Of a stretch of 64,000 nt of DNA, positions 28,451 through 36,834 are shown piece after piece. The stretch's first letter is position 1; the number at the start of each line of letters is the position of its first letter. Position numbers and translations under genes: made by a program. This DNA comes from Candidatus Nomurabacteria bacterium (GTDB lineage Bacteria > Patescibacteriota > Minisyncoccia > Phycocordibacterales > SBAW01), in NCBI GenBank assembly GCA_943348815.1, contig CALQYT010000002.1, positions 37,129 through 101,128 of the forward strand. Reading direction: 5' to 3'. A model generated the notes under the pieces. That model had not been told where the DNA came from, made no database searches, and saw nothing but the letters and a program-made list of their open reading frames with translations.

Positions 28451-28476
28451 AAAGACTACGATATATCGTAGTCTTT
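28451..28476. terminator. Bidirectional hairpin terminator
   Basis: AAAGACTACGATAT/ATCGTAGTCTTT is a perfect palindrome flanked by A- and T-runs. Confidence 0.6.
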
Positions 28477-28496
28477 TTGTTTGTTGAACGGAATAC

Positions 28497-28691
28497 TTAT
28501 CTCCAGTGGCGGTAGCCGGAGTAGGCCAAGAAGAGCGCCACTATCGCGACAACCCAAGACACCTCAACCGGCACCACCCAGCCCATAAGGTTTACCGGGA
28601 GCGAGTAAAATGCGCGATACAAATGCACGAGACCAACAATAGTAAAGATGACCGTTGCCACCTGCACAAAAGTACTTTTATCCATATGCAC
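28497..28691 (-). CDS. Small membrane protein (64 aa)
   Basis: Two hydrophobic helices. A terminator hairpin (ACAGACGG...CCGTCTGT, 28755-28775) follows the next gene. Confidence 0.3.
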   Translation of the reverse strand: MHMDKSTFVQVATVIFTIVGLVHLYRAFYSLPVNLMGWVVPVEVSWVVAIVALFLAYSGYRHWR

Positions 28692-28774
28692 TATAGTGTA
28701 CCGCTCATAATTTTTTTGAAGTGCGTGGTTGTGTATAAGTCAAAAACAAAAAAAACAGACGGAGTCACCGTCTG

Positions 28775-29248
28775 TTAAGGGTATACAAGCTCAAACTGGC
28801 CAGTCACACAATCAAGAAGCCAGGCTTGAGAGTACTCAAGCGCACCATGCCTAATATTTTGTCCCAGCACGGCAGAGGCATATTGCCCGGGCAACCCCGA
28901 CCAGTCGCCGGTCAGCTCAAGATGGCCAACAACAATCACCGTGTCGGCCTCTTCGGCGAGGTCCATGGTAGGACCGAGGTATGGTGTATTTATTGCTCTG
29001 CTGAGCAAAGGGTCTTCCTCTGCTTGAGTGCCAAACTCCTCGGCGATAATCTTTGCGCTCAACCGACCTCTTGCCATATCGGAGCATTTTACTCGCACCA
29101 GAAGATTTTGCGGAATACGGGCACGGAGTTTCTTTGCAACCGAGCGAGTTTCCGCCTCTCCTTTTTCGGTGATCCCCTCCGGTGCGGGGGAGATCGTTGG
29201 TTCAGCGTGGCGAGTGACCACGATAAACCGGGCTCTTCGTTTTATCAT
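28775..29248 (-). CDS. Histidine phosphatase family protein (SixA-like)
   Basis: 'FIVVTRHAEP' is the RHG-type catalytic motif. A start at MIKRR is preferred. Confidence 0.6.
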   Translation of the reverse strand: MIKRRARFIVVTRHAEPTISPAPEGITEKGEAETRSVAKKLRARIPQNLLVRVKCSDMARGRLSAKIIAEEFGTQAEEDPLLSRAINTPYLGPTMDLAEEADTVIVVGHLELTGDWSGLPGQYASAVLGQNIRHGALEYSQAWLLDCVTGQFELVYP

Positions 29249-29419
29249 GCACGATCTCCCTTTTTGTGCTTTGAAAGAAAAATAACATTGCCTCAATGAT
29301 TGTCAATTTTTTAACACGATATGCTATACTCGTCCGTACCAACCCCCTGGAATAGCCGCGGGGGCTGTTTGCGTGGAAGGAAAAGTTGTGTACCCGTTCG
29401 GCAAGCTCAGGGTAAATCT

Positions 29420-32008
29420 ATGGAAGAGCATATTCATATCAAGGGGGCAAAGACCCACAACCTAAAAAACATCGACCTTAAAATCCCCAGAAATAAAATG
29501 GTGGTTTTTACGGGTTTGTCTGGCTCGGGCAAATCATCGCTCGCGTTTGATACTATTTTTGCCGAAGGGCAGCGCCGCTATATCGAAAGTTTGTCAGCCT
29601 ACGCGCGACAATTTTTGCGCCAGATGCAAAAACCCGATGTCGAGGAGATCACCGGACTTTCGCCCGCAATTTCTATCGATCAAAAATCGCGCAGCAATAA
29701 CCCACGCTCAACCGTGGCGACGATTACCGAAATTTATGACTACCTGCGCATTTTGTACGCGCGCGTGGGCAAGCCGCATTGTTTAATTTGCGGCCGCGAA
29801 ATACGCAAGCACTCGAACGAAGAAATAATCCAAAGTGTAGTTGAGACCGTTTCTTCTCATGTTCCTAAAAAAATCAAAAAAGTGATGGGGGTCGAGATCA
29901 GCGACGATGTGGTGCGGGTGTATGCGCCCGTGGTTGTCGGTCGCAAGGGCGAGTACTATCAATTACTTTACGATTTGTTGGGCAAGGGTTTTGAGCGTGC
30001 CAAAGTAGACGGCAAGCTTATTTCTTTGCGCGAGCGGGTTGAACTTTCGCGCCACAAAAAACACAGTATTGATGTGTTGGTAGATGAGCTTTTGATTTCT
30101 GAATTCCAGCGCGAAAAAAAGCCGGCAATCGAGCGTTTGTCCGAAGCCGTTGAACGTGCGCTGCAAGAGGCGGACGGCTTGGTCAAAATAGAGGAGGCAG
30201 GACAAGAGCGGATTATCTCGAGCAAATTCATGTGCGCCTATGACGGATTTTCTTTCCCCGAAGTTGAACCTCGTCTGTTTTCGTTTAACTCGCCGTATGG
30301 CGCATGCCCCCACTGTAACGGCTTGGGTACTAAACACTTTTGGTCCGATGAGCCGTGTCCGGAGTGTAAAGGCAAACGTCTGCGCCCCGAAGCGCTGCAT
30401 GTGTTTGTAAGCACGAAATCCGAAGCACGAAATCCGAAAAATATTGTAGACGTTACGAGTCAATCGATTAAAGAGGCGTATGATTTTTTTGAAGGACTTG
30501 AGCTTTCTAAAAAAGATCAAGAAATTTCTAAAACGGTCGTCAAAGAAATCTGTGCGCGGCTTAAATTTATGCTCGATGTGGGTCTCGACTACCTGACGCT
30601 CGATCGCAAGGCCAACACGCTCTCCGGCGGCGAGGCGCAGCGCATACGGCTGGCATCGCAGTTGGGGAGTGGGCTGGTGGGCGCTCTCTACGTGCTCGAC
30701 GAGCCGACGATCGGCTTGCACCAGCGTGACAACGAGCGGCTGATTAAAACACTGCTCAACCTGCGCGACTTAGGTAACACGATTATTGTGGTCGAACACG
30801 ACGAGGATACTATCTATTCTTCGGACTACATTGTCGACATTGGCCCGGGCGCCGGCGTGCACGGGGGCGAAATTGTAGTGGACGGTTGGCTCGAAAAATT
30901 ATTGACCGCTAAAAAGAATGACAGCGGCTCGGTCACGTTGTCCTACTTGCGCGGTGAAAAGGCAATAGAGGTGCCCGAGGAACGCCGCGAAAAAGATAAA
31001 GGCAGCCTCAAAATTAAAGGTGGCAACGCGCACAATATAAAAAACTTGGATGTCGAAGTGCCGCTCGGCCGACTATCGGTAATCACGGGTGTTTCCGGCT
31101 CGGGTAAATCGACCTTTTTGTACGACCTGGTGTATGAAAATTTGCGCGCGCGATTCGACAAAAGCCATCGCACCAACAAAGTGCACAACGCGGCTAAGTT
31201 TGAGGGTACCGAGCATCTGTCACGGGCAATACTTATCGACCAAAGTCCTATAGGCCGTACACCACGCTCTAACCCGGCAACCTACACGGGCGCGTTTTCG
31301 TTTGTGCGCGAGTTGTTTGCAGAGAGTTCGGAAGCTCGCGCTCGCGGATGGAAGGCGTCGCGCTTTTCGTTTAACGTCCCGCAGGCGCGCGGTGGCGGGC
31401 GTTGTGAGGCCTGCGAGGGCAACGGCATGATTGCCGTCGAAATGCACTTTTTGCCAACCGTCTACGTTACCTGCGATGTTTGCAATGGCAAACGGTTTAT
31501 GAAGGAGACGCTCGAGATTAAGTACAACAAAAAGAGCATTCACGACATACTCGAGATGACGATAGAGGAGGCCATCAAATTCTTTGGCGATATCCCGGCG
31601 ATCTATGATCGGCTCAAAACCTTGGAAGAGGTTGGTTTGGGGTATTTAAAACTGGGTCAATCGGCAACAACGCTCTCGGGTGGCGAGGCACAGCGCGTCA
31701 AAATCTCTGCGGAGTTGTATCGTCCTCACTTGCAAAAAACTATCTACTTGCTCGATGAGCCCACCGTTGGGTTGCACTACGAAGATGTCCGCAAACTCAT
31801 CGATATTCTCAATCGCCTGGTGGCAGCGGGGAATACGGTGCTCTTGATTGAGCACAATATGGACATCATCAAATCATCTGACTATGTGTTGGACTTTGGA
31901 CCCGAAGGCGGTGTGGGGGGCGGCAAATTGGTCGCCAAAGGCACCCCTGAGGATGTGGCTAACAATAAGAACTCCCACACAGGCAAATACTTGCGCAAAG
32001 TGTTATAA
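29420..32008 (+). CDS. uvrA: Excinuclease ABC subunit A
   Basis: Two ABC modules with '[14 protein letters not shown]' and '[10 protein letters not shown]', zinc-finger cysteines, and the motif 'LDEPT(I/V)GLH'. The start is set at the '[10 protein letters not shown]' Met. Confidence 0.95.
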   Translation: MEEHIHIKGAKTHNLKNIDLKIPRNKMVVFTGLSGSGKSSLAFDTIFAEGQRRYIESLSAYARQFLRQMQKPDVEEITGLSPAISIDQKSRSNNPRSTVATITEIYDYLRILYARVGKPHCLICGREIRKHSNEEIIQSVVETVSSHVPKKIKKVMGVEISDDVVRVYAPVVVGRKGEYYQLLYDLLGKGFERAKVDGKLISLRERVELSRHKKHSIDVLVDELLISEFQREKKPAIERLSEAVERALQEADGLVKIEEAGQERIISSKFMCAYDGFSFPEVEPRLFSFNSPYGACPHCNGLGTKHFWSDEPCPECKGKRLRPEALHVFVSTKSEARNPKNIVDVTSQSIKEAYDFFEGLELSKKDQEISKTVVKEICARLKFMLDVGLDYLTLDRKANTLSGGEAQRIRLASQLGSGLVGALYVLDEPTIGLHQRDNERLIKTLLNLRDLGNTIIVVEHDEDTIYSSDYIVDIGPGAGVHGGEIVVDGWLEKLLTAKKNDSGSVTLSYLRGEKAIEVPEERREKDKGSLKIKGGNAHNIKNLDVEVPLGRLSVITGVSGSGKSTFLYDLVYENLRARFDKSHRTNKVHNAAKFEGTEHLSRAILIDQSPIGRTPRSNPATYTGAFSFVRELFAESSEARARGWKASRFSFNVPQARGGGRCEACEGNGMIAVEMHFLPTVYVTCDVCNGKRFMKETLEIKYNKKSIHDILEMTIEEAIKFFGDIPAIYDRLKTLEEVGLGYLKLGQSATTLSGGEAQRVKISAELYRPHLQKTIYLLDEPTVGLHYEDVRKLIDILNRLVAAGNTVLLIEHNMDIIKSSDYVLDFGPEGGVGGGKLVAKGTPEDVANNKNSHTGKYLRKVL

Positions 32009-32017
32009 AAAGAGCGC

Positions 32018-33271
32018 ATGACGCTCGAGCAATTTAAGAAGAAGGCCAAGCAAATACCCGACTCGCCGGGAGTGTATTTCTTTCTTGGCCCGCCGAAGCC
32101 TCGGCGAAGGGGGCTTGGGCATACTAGAGAGATTCTCTACATTGGCAAGGCCACCAGTTTGCGCGACCGCGTGCGTAGCTACTTTGCTAACGATTTGGCC
32201 GAGACACGCGGGGCGCTGATTGTGCAAATGCTGGAGAAGGCAGTGTCTATTGATTTTAGAAAGACCGATTCGGTACTCGAAGCACTGTTGCTTGAATCGT
32301 CGCTGATACACTCGCACAAACCACCGCACAACACCGACTCCAAAGATGATAAGAGTTGGAATCATGTACTTATAACTGATGAAAATTTTCCCCAAGTGTT
32401 GGTAGTGCGGACGACCAATCTTGGGGAGTACAAGGCCAAAAAAATATTCGGTCCCTTCCCACATGGGCTCCAACTACGCGAGGCGATGAAATTAATCCGC
32501 CGAATATTTCCGTATCGCGATGAAAAATGCAAGCCAGGTCAAAAGAGGCCGTGCTTTAATCGCCAAATTGGTTTATGTCCCGGGGTCTGCACCGGCGAAA
32601 TTTCTGCAAAAGAATACCGCAAGACCGTGCGACACATTGTGTTGTTGTTTGAGGGCAAGAAAAAGCAACTCCTTAAGAGCTTGGCCAAAGAGATGCGCGC
32701 CGCCGCAAAAGAAGAAAATTTTGAACAAGCAAAAGAGCTTCACCGGCAACTATACGCACTGCAACATATCCAGGACATTTCGCTGATAAAATCCGAATAT
32801 CGAAATCCGAAATTTGATGGTTTAGCATATCGGATTGAGGCGTACGATATCGCACATCTGCAGGGTTCGGCTCATGTCGGAGTAATGACCGTAGTCGAGG
32901 GCGGGGAGGCGGCCAAAAGTCAGTATCGTAAGTTTAAAATCAAAACCGCCAAGCAGGGTGACGATCCGGGCGCCTTGCGCGAGGTGTTGAGTCGCCGCCT
33001 GGGGCACGACGAGTGGCCACTACCACGATTGATAGTGGTAGACGGCTCGACCGCGCAGATTAATGCCGCCCAAACGGTGCTTGCTGAGTACGGTATGAGT
33101 ATCCCGGTGGTCGGTGTAGTGAAGGACGAAAAGCATCGACCGCGCAATATTTTAGGTGGTCGCGAACTTATTAAAACTAAAGAACGCGAGATTTTGCTTG
33201 CCAATGCCGAAGCCCATCGGTTTGCTATTGGGTATCATCGCAACAAAAGTCGTAAGAATCTCGTTATATAA
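32018..33271 (+). CDS. uvrC: Excinuclease ABC subunit C, compact form (417 aa)
   Basis: The N-terminal GIY-YIG domain carries 'GVYFFLG...ILYIGKATSLRDRVRSYF'. A UVR motif follows. The C-terminal endonuclease domain carries 'YDIAHLQGSAHVGVM...VVDGSTAQ'. There is no C-terminal (HhH)2 region. Confidence 0.85.
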   Translation: MTLEQFKKKAKQIPDSPGVYFFLGPPKPRRRGLGHTREILYIGKATSLRDRVRSYFANDLAETRGALIVQMLEKAVSIDFRKTDSVLEALLLESSLIHSHKPPHNTDSKDDKSWNHVLITDENFPQVLVVRTTNLGEYKAKKIFGPFPHGLQLREAMKLIRRIFPYRDEKCKPGQKRPCFNRQIGLCPGVCTGEISAKEYRKTVRHIVLLFEGKKKQLLKSLAKEMRAAAKEENFEQAKELHRQLYALQHIQDISLIKSEYRNPKFDGLAYRIEAYDIAHLQGSAHVGVMTVVEGGEAAKSQYRKFKIKTAKQGDDPGALREVLSRRLGHDEWPLPRLIVVDGSTAQINAAQTVLAEYGMSIPVVGVVKDEKHRPRNILGGRELIKTKEREILLANAEAHRFAIGYHRNKSRKNLVI

Positions 33272-33280
33272 TTAACGGAT

Positions 33281-34243
33281 ATGCGCACAGTCGTAGCGGT
33301 AGTTCGCGGTGGCCCAAGCTCGGAGTACGGCGTGTCTCTAAAAACCGGCGCCTCGGTACTGGAATCGCTGGATAGAGAAAAGTACGAGCCGCGCGATATT
33401 TTTATTGATCGCATGGGCAATTGGCACTTGCACGGAGTGTTGGTACCACCCGAAAAGGCTCTTTTTGGCACCGATGTAGCGTTTAATGCCCTGCATGGCG
33501 AGTTTGGCGAGGATGGCGGCGTACAGCGACTTTTTGAGCGCCTAGGCATGCCTTATACGGGCTCTGGCCCGGTTTCATCGGCGACGGCCTTTAACAAACA
33601 TCTGACCAAAGAGCAGGCGCGGAGGTTTGGCGTCAAAGTGGCTCATGGGGTAGTGGCAGACCGCTCGGATGATATCGAGGCCCTCAGTCATCAGCTATTC
33701 CGTAGTATGCCGCACCCGGTGATTGTAAAGCCGGTCGCGGGCGGATCGTCGGTAGCAACGACAATCGCTCATAATTTTCAACAACTACAAAATGCGCTCG
33801 GTACGGCATTTGATCACTCGCCGCAGGCATTGGTTGAGGAATTTATCAAAGGTCGCGAGGCGACGGTTGGTGTGATTGATAATTTTAGGAATCAAAAGAC
33901 CTACGCGCTTATGCCGGTCGAAATAATCCCGCCCTCGCATCAGCCTTTCTTTTCGTACGATGCGAAATACGGCGGCGAAACTATCGAGCGCGTGCCGGGC
34001 AACTTTTCGCATGCAGAAACTACTGAGTTAGAAAAGATAGCAAAGTTGGTGCACGAAGGTCTCAACCTCAGCCACTACTCACGCTCTGACTTTATTATTT
34101 CGCGTCGGGGTATTTATTTTCTCGAAGTTAATACGTTGCCGGGTCTTACCTCTGAGTCTCTGCTGCCTAAAGCATTGCGTGCAGTAGGCTCTTCTCTCGG
34201 ACAATTCATCGACCATGTGATACAGTTGGCCCGCCGTCGCTAA
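33281..34243 (+). CDS. ddl: D-alanine--D-alanine ligase
   Basis: ATP-grasp protein. Contains 'VVRGGPSSEYGVSLKTG', 'LHGEFGEDGGVQRLFE' and 'FLEVNTLPG'. Confidence 0.9.
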   Translation: MRTVVAVVRGGPSSEYGVSLKTGASVLESLDREKYEPRDIFIDRMGNWHLHGVLVPPEKALFGTDVAFNALHGEFGEDGGVQRLFERLGMPYTGSGPVSSATAFNKHLTKEQARRFGVKVAHGVVADRSDDIEALSHQLFRSMPHPVIVKPVAGGSSVATTIAHNFQQLQNALGTAFDHSPQALVEEFIKGREATVGVIDNFRNQKTYALMPVEIIPPSHQPFFSYDAKYGGETIERVPGNFSHAETTELEKIAKLVHEGLNLSHYSRSDFIISRRGIYFLEVNTLPGLTSESLLPKALRAVGSSLGQFIDHVIQLARRR

Positions 34244-34273
34244 AGCTATGGCGGGGCAAGCCCGCAAAACGAA

Positions 34274-34606
34274 ATGAGTAAATTATCTAAGAAAAAATGT
34301 ATACCGTGCGAGGGTGGGGTAGTGCCGCTGACTGAAGCGCAGGCCAAGACCATGATGCCCGAGCTCGATCAGGGTTGGATGCTTATCGATGGCGGCCGCA
34401 TGTTGGCTAAAAGTTTTAATTTTAAAAACTTTGTCGAGACGATGAAGTTTGTAAATAAAATTGCTGACGTTGCCGAAGAAGAAAATCATCACCCGATGAT
34501 GACGGTTACGTATAACATGCTTTCGATCGAGCTTATGACCGACGCCATTCAGGGTCTTTCAGAAAACGATTTTATTTTGGCGGCGAAGATTGATGAGTTG
34601 AATTAA
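34274..34606 (+). CDS. Pterin-4a-carbinolamine dehydratase (PCD/DCoH)
   Basis: Contains 'EENHHPMMTVTYNMLSIELMT'. Confidence 0.75.
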   Translation: MSKLSKKKCIPCEGGVVPLTEAQAKTMMPELDQGWMLIDGGRMLAKSFNFKNFVETMKFVNKIADVAEEENHHPMMTVTYNMLSIELMTDAIQGLSENDFILAAKIDELN

Positions 34607-35679
34607 TGGAAAGGAAGTCAAAAATTGTTTGGAACAAACCTGACGACGACACCTTAGGCAGGCCAAAGTCCCTACCTGCAACTGAGTCGATAGACAAAGT
34701 TCAAGAGGCCCGAGAAAAAATGGCCAAGATGCCCGAAGGTGTCATGACGAAAAGACTGTTGGGACATTTTGCACCCGTATCGACCATAGAGACAATTCTC
34801 TCGGAGGGTATATTATCTCCAGCAGAACAGAAACGACAATACGGACGCGTTGCTAAAGGAGTAGATCCTGCTTTGCAAAGGATTTTATGTGCTTGGGATT
34901 ATATTTCTGTCTTAGACCCGTGGACAGGATACGGCACTAATCCCCAAGTTATTGCTAACCTGAAAAAGGCACTCCCTCAAATCAGCGCAAAATTACGACC
35001 ATACGCAGCATCAACCCTACCGCGCTATGAAGATACAAAAGCCCTGATTGCGTATATAGACAATAATTTCGTTCATTTCCAGGGAAATGCACTGGAATGG
35101 AATCTCGCACGTTTAACAGGAAATACAAAAAATTTGAGGATTGAGACGACGTTTGAGCATGCAGTAGATCCGCAGTATCGAGATGTCGTTGCGGAGGTCA
35201 ACCAAATATTTGAAGAAGCAGCAATGTATGTTGGCGACTTACCTGATTACTCCAAGGACTATCTGCCAGTTAGTGAATATGGAACAAAAGCCTTTCCTCC
35301 CCACCTATATGGAAAAGATGGCGAGATAAATCCTGCAGAGGTTTTCCATGACTTTAAAACGATGCTTTTGATAGATCCTGCAAAAGAACGGTTTGCGGGA
35401 CCAAGTGCGTGGCCTGCACCGGAGTCTCTAGTGAAAAACAAAATCTCCCCTAAAGATATCGTCGGAATTATTATGGCAGATCCGCACCCAAATTCGAAGG
35501 ATCATCCAAAATTTCGTCTCCCAGATAACTATGAAAAACATATTTTAAATCTTGCACAAAAGTCGGGTACACCACTGTATCGTTGGAAGGAAGAAGTAAG
35601 GAATTGGAAGCAGCGTGCACAGGCTAGCGATTTGGAGTTGATTTGGCCAAAAAACGACGGATCGAGTTCCATCTCCTGA
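34606..35679 (+). CDS. Hypothetical protein (357 aa)
   Basis: AT-richer ORF with no recognised motif. Ends 8 nt before tRNA-Ala(UGC). Confidence 0.4.
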   Translation: MERKSKIVWNKPDDDTLGRPKSLPATESIDKVQEAREKMAKMPEGVMTKRLLGHFAPVSTIETILSEGILSPAEQKRQYGRVAKGVDPALQRILCAWDYISVLDPWTGYGTNPQVIANLKKALPQISAKLRPYAASTLPRYEDTKALIAYIDNNFVHFQGNALEWNLARLTGNTKNLRIETTFEHAVDPQYRDVVAEVNQIFEEAAMYVGDLPDYSKDYLPVSEYGTKAFPPHLYGKDGEINPAEVFHDFKTMLLIDPAKERFAGPSAWPAPESLVKNKISPKDIVGIIMADPHPNSKDHPKFRLPDNYEKHILNLAQKSGTPLYRWKEEVRNWKQRAQASDLELIWPKNDGSSSIS

Positions 35680-35686
35680 AACGTTG

Positions 35687-35759
35687 TGGACCCGACCGGG
35701 ATCGAACCGGTTACCTCCTCATTGCAAATGAGGCGCTCTACCAAGTGAGCTACGGGCCC
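35687..35759 (-). tRNA. tRNA-Ala (anticodon UGC), no encoded CCA
   Basis: The reverse complement reads GGGCCCGTAGCTCA...anticodon loop TTTGCAA...GGTTCGATCCCGG...GGGTCCA. A G3:U70 pair is present. Confidence 0.85.
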
Positions 35760-35815
35760 GTAGGGGCGTCGCTCATACTGTACAGCAAATCTTTTTTCTC
35801 TGCTACTATTGAAGT

Positions 35816-36109
35816 ATGAAATCCGTGCTCGGTGTTGCGATTATGTTGGCGCTCCTTACGGGAGGTTTTGTGCACGCTGTGGTGCCGCACGACGATGGAG
35901 ACGACCACCACACGGCCACGGGCGTAGTGTGGGGGAGCTTGCACGCTGCTATACAACACGAGGACAAGCAAGTTGCCGCGCTACCCGCGATGTTTTTCTT
36001 GGCGATTTTGTCGGTACTATTTGTTGAACTCTGTTTTGTATCATTTCGTTTAATCCCCGCGCGCGACGAGCTGCGCAGAGGCATAGCAGCATATAGGCGG
36101 TTTGGCTAA
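35816..36109 (+). CDS. Small His-rich exported/membrane protein
   Basis: Signal-like N-terminus, then 'HAVVPHDDGDDHHTATG', then a C-terminal TM helix. Confidence 0.4.
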   Translation: MKSVLGVAIMLALLTGGFVHAVVPHDDGDDHHTATGVVWGSLHAAIQHEDKQVAALPAMFFLAILSVLFVELCFVSFRLIPARDELRRGIAAYRRFG

Positions 36110-36148
36110 CGAAGAGACCTTTCTCTTATTTGCGTTAGCTAAGCAAAA

Positions 36149-36829
36149 ATGAAAAAAATTCTGTTTGTTTGTTCGGCACTGTTTTTGTGCGCGCCTTTTT
36201 TGGCGAGTGCGCATCAGCATGGGACGTTTACCTTCGGCGGTTCAACCTACAGCTTTGTGGTGGGCTCGCTCAACGAGCCGGTCGCCGTTGATGACAAAAC
36301 CGGTGTCGACCTCACGGTTACCAAAGGTGCGGGGACGCCGACGATGTCAGCTGACGGTGACATGGATGGTATGCCAAAAAGTTCGACCCCGGTAACCGGT
36401 TTGGAGAAGACGCTGCAGGTTGAGCTTTCTGCCGGAGGAAAGACCAAAGTTCTCGCGCTCTCTCCCGCCTATGGCAAACCGGGTTCTTACACCGCGCCGT
36501 TTTATCCGACCGTTGCGACCTCTCTTTCGTACCGTTTTTTCGGCACGATTGATGGTACGAAAGTAAATATTACTTTTGTTTGCCGGCCAGAAGGTGCAAC
36601 CGCAATCGACGAAGGACAAAAAGATCTCGGCGGTGGCGTGATGCAAGTGTCCAAAATGGGTGGGTTTGGCTGCCCGATGGATAAAGCGTCGATGGGCTTC
36701 CCTGAACAGTCAGCGTCGGTCATCTCATTGAGTAGCGACAGCAATAGCGCGCGCACCTACTCATACGCAGGCATCGTGCTTGGCGCGGTCGCGTTGGTGT
36801 TTGGGTTGATGTGCCGCCGCAGCAACTAA
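36149..36829 (+). CDS. YcnI-like (DUF1775-type) exported copper-binding protein with a C-terminal TM anchor
   Basis: Signal peptide cleavage at 'ASA|HQHG' would expose an N-terminal His. Mono-topic C-terminal anchor 'YAGIVLGAVALVFGLMCRR'. Sits directly upstream of the CopC-CopD gene, as ycnI does with ycnJ. Confidence 0.4.
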   Translation: MKKILFVCSALFLCAPFLASAHQHGTFTFGGSTYSFVVGSLNEPVAVDDKTGVDLTVTKGAGTPTMSADGDMDGMPKSSTPVTGLEKTLQVELSAGGKTKVLALSPAYGKPGSYTAPFYPTVATSLSYRFFGTIDGTKVNITFVCRPEGATAIDEGQKDLGGGVMQVSKMGGFGCPMDKASMGFPEQSASVISLSSDSNSARTYSYAGIVLGAVALVFGLMCRRSN

Positions 36830-36834
36830 GCACG

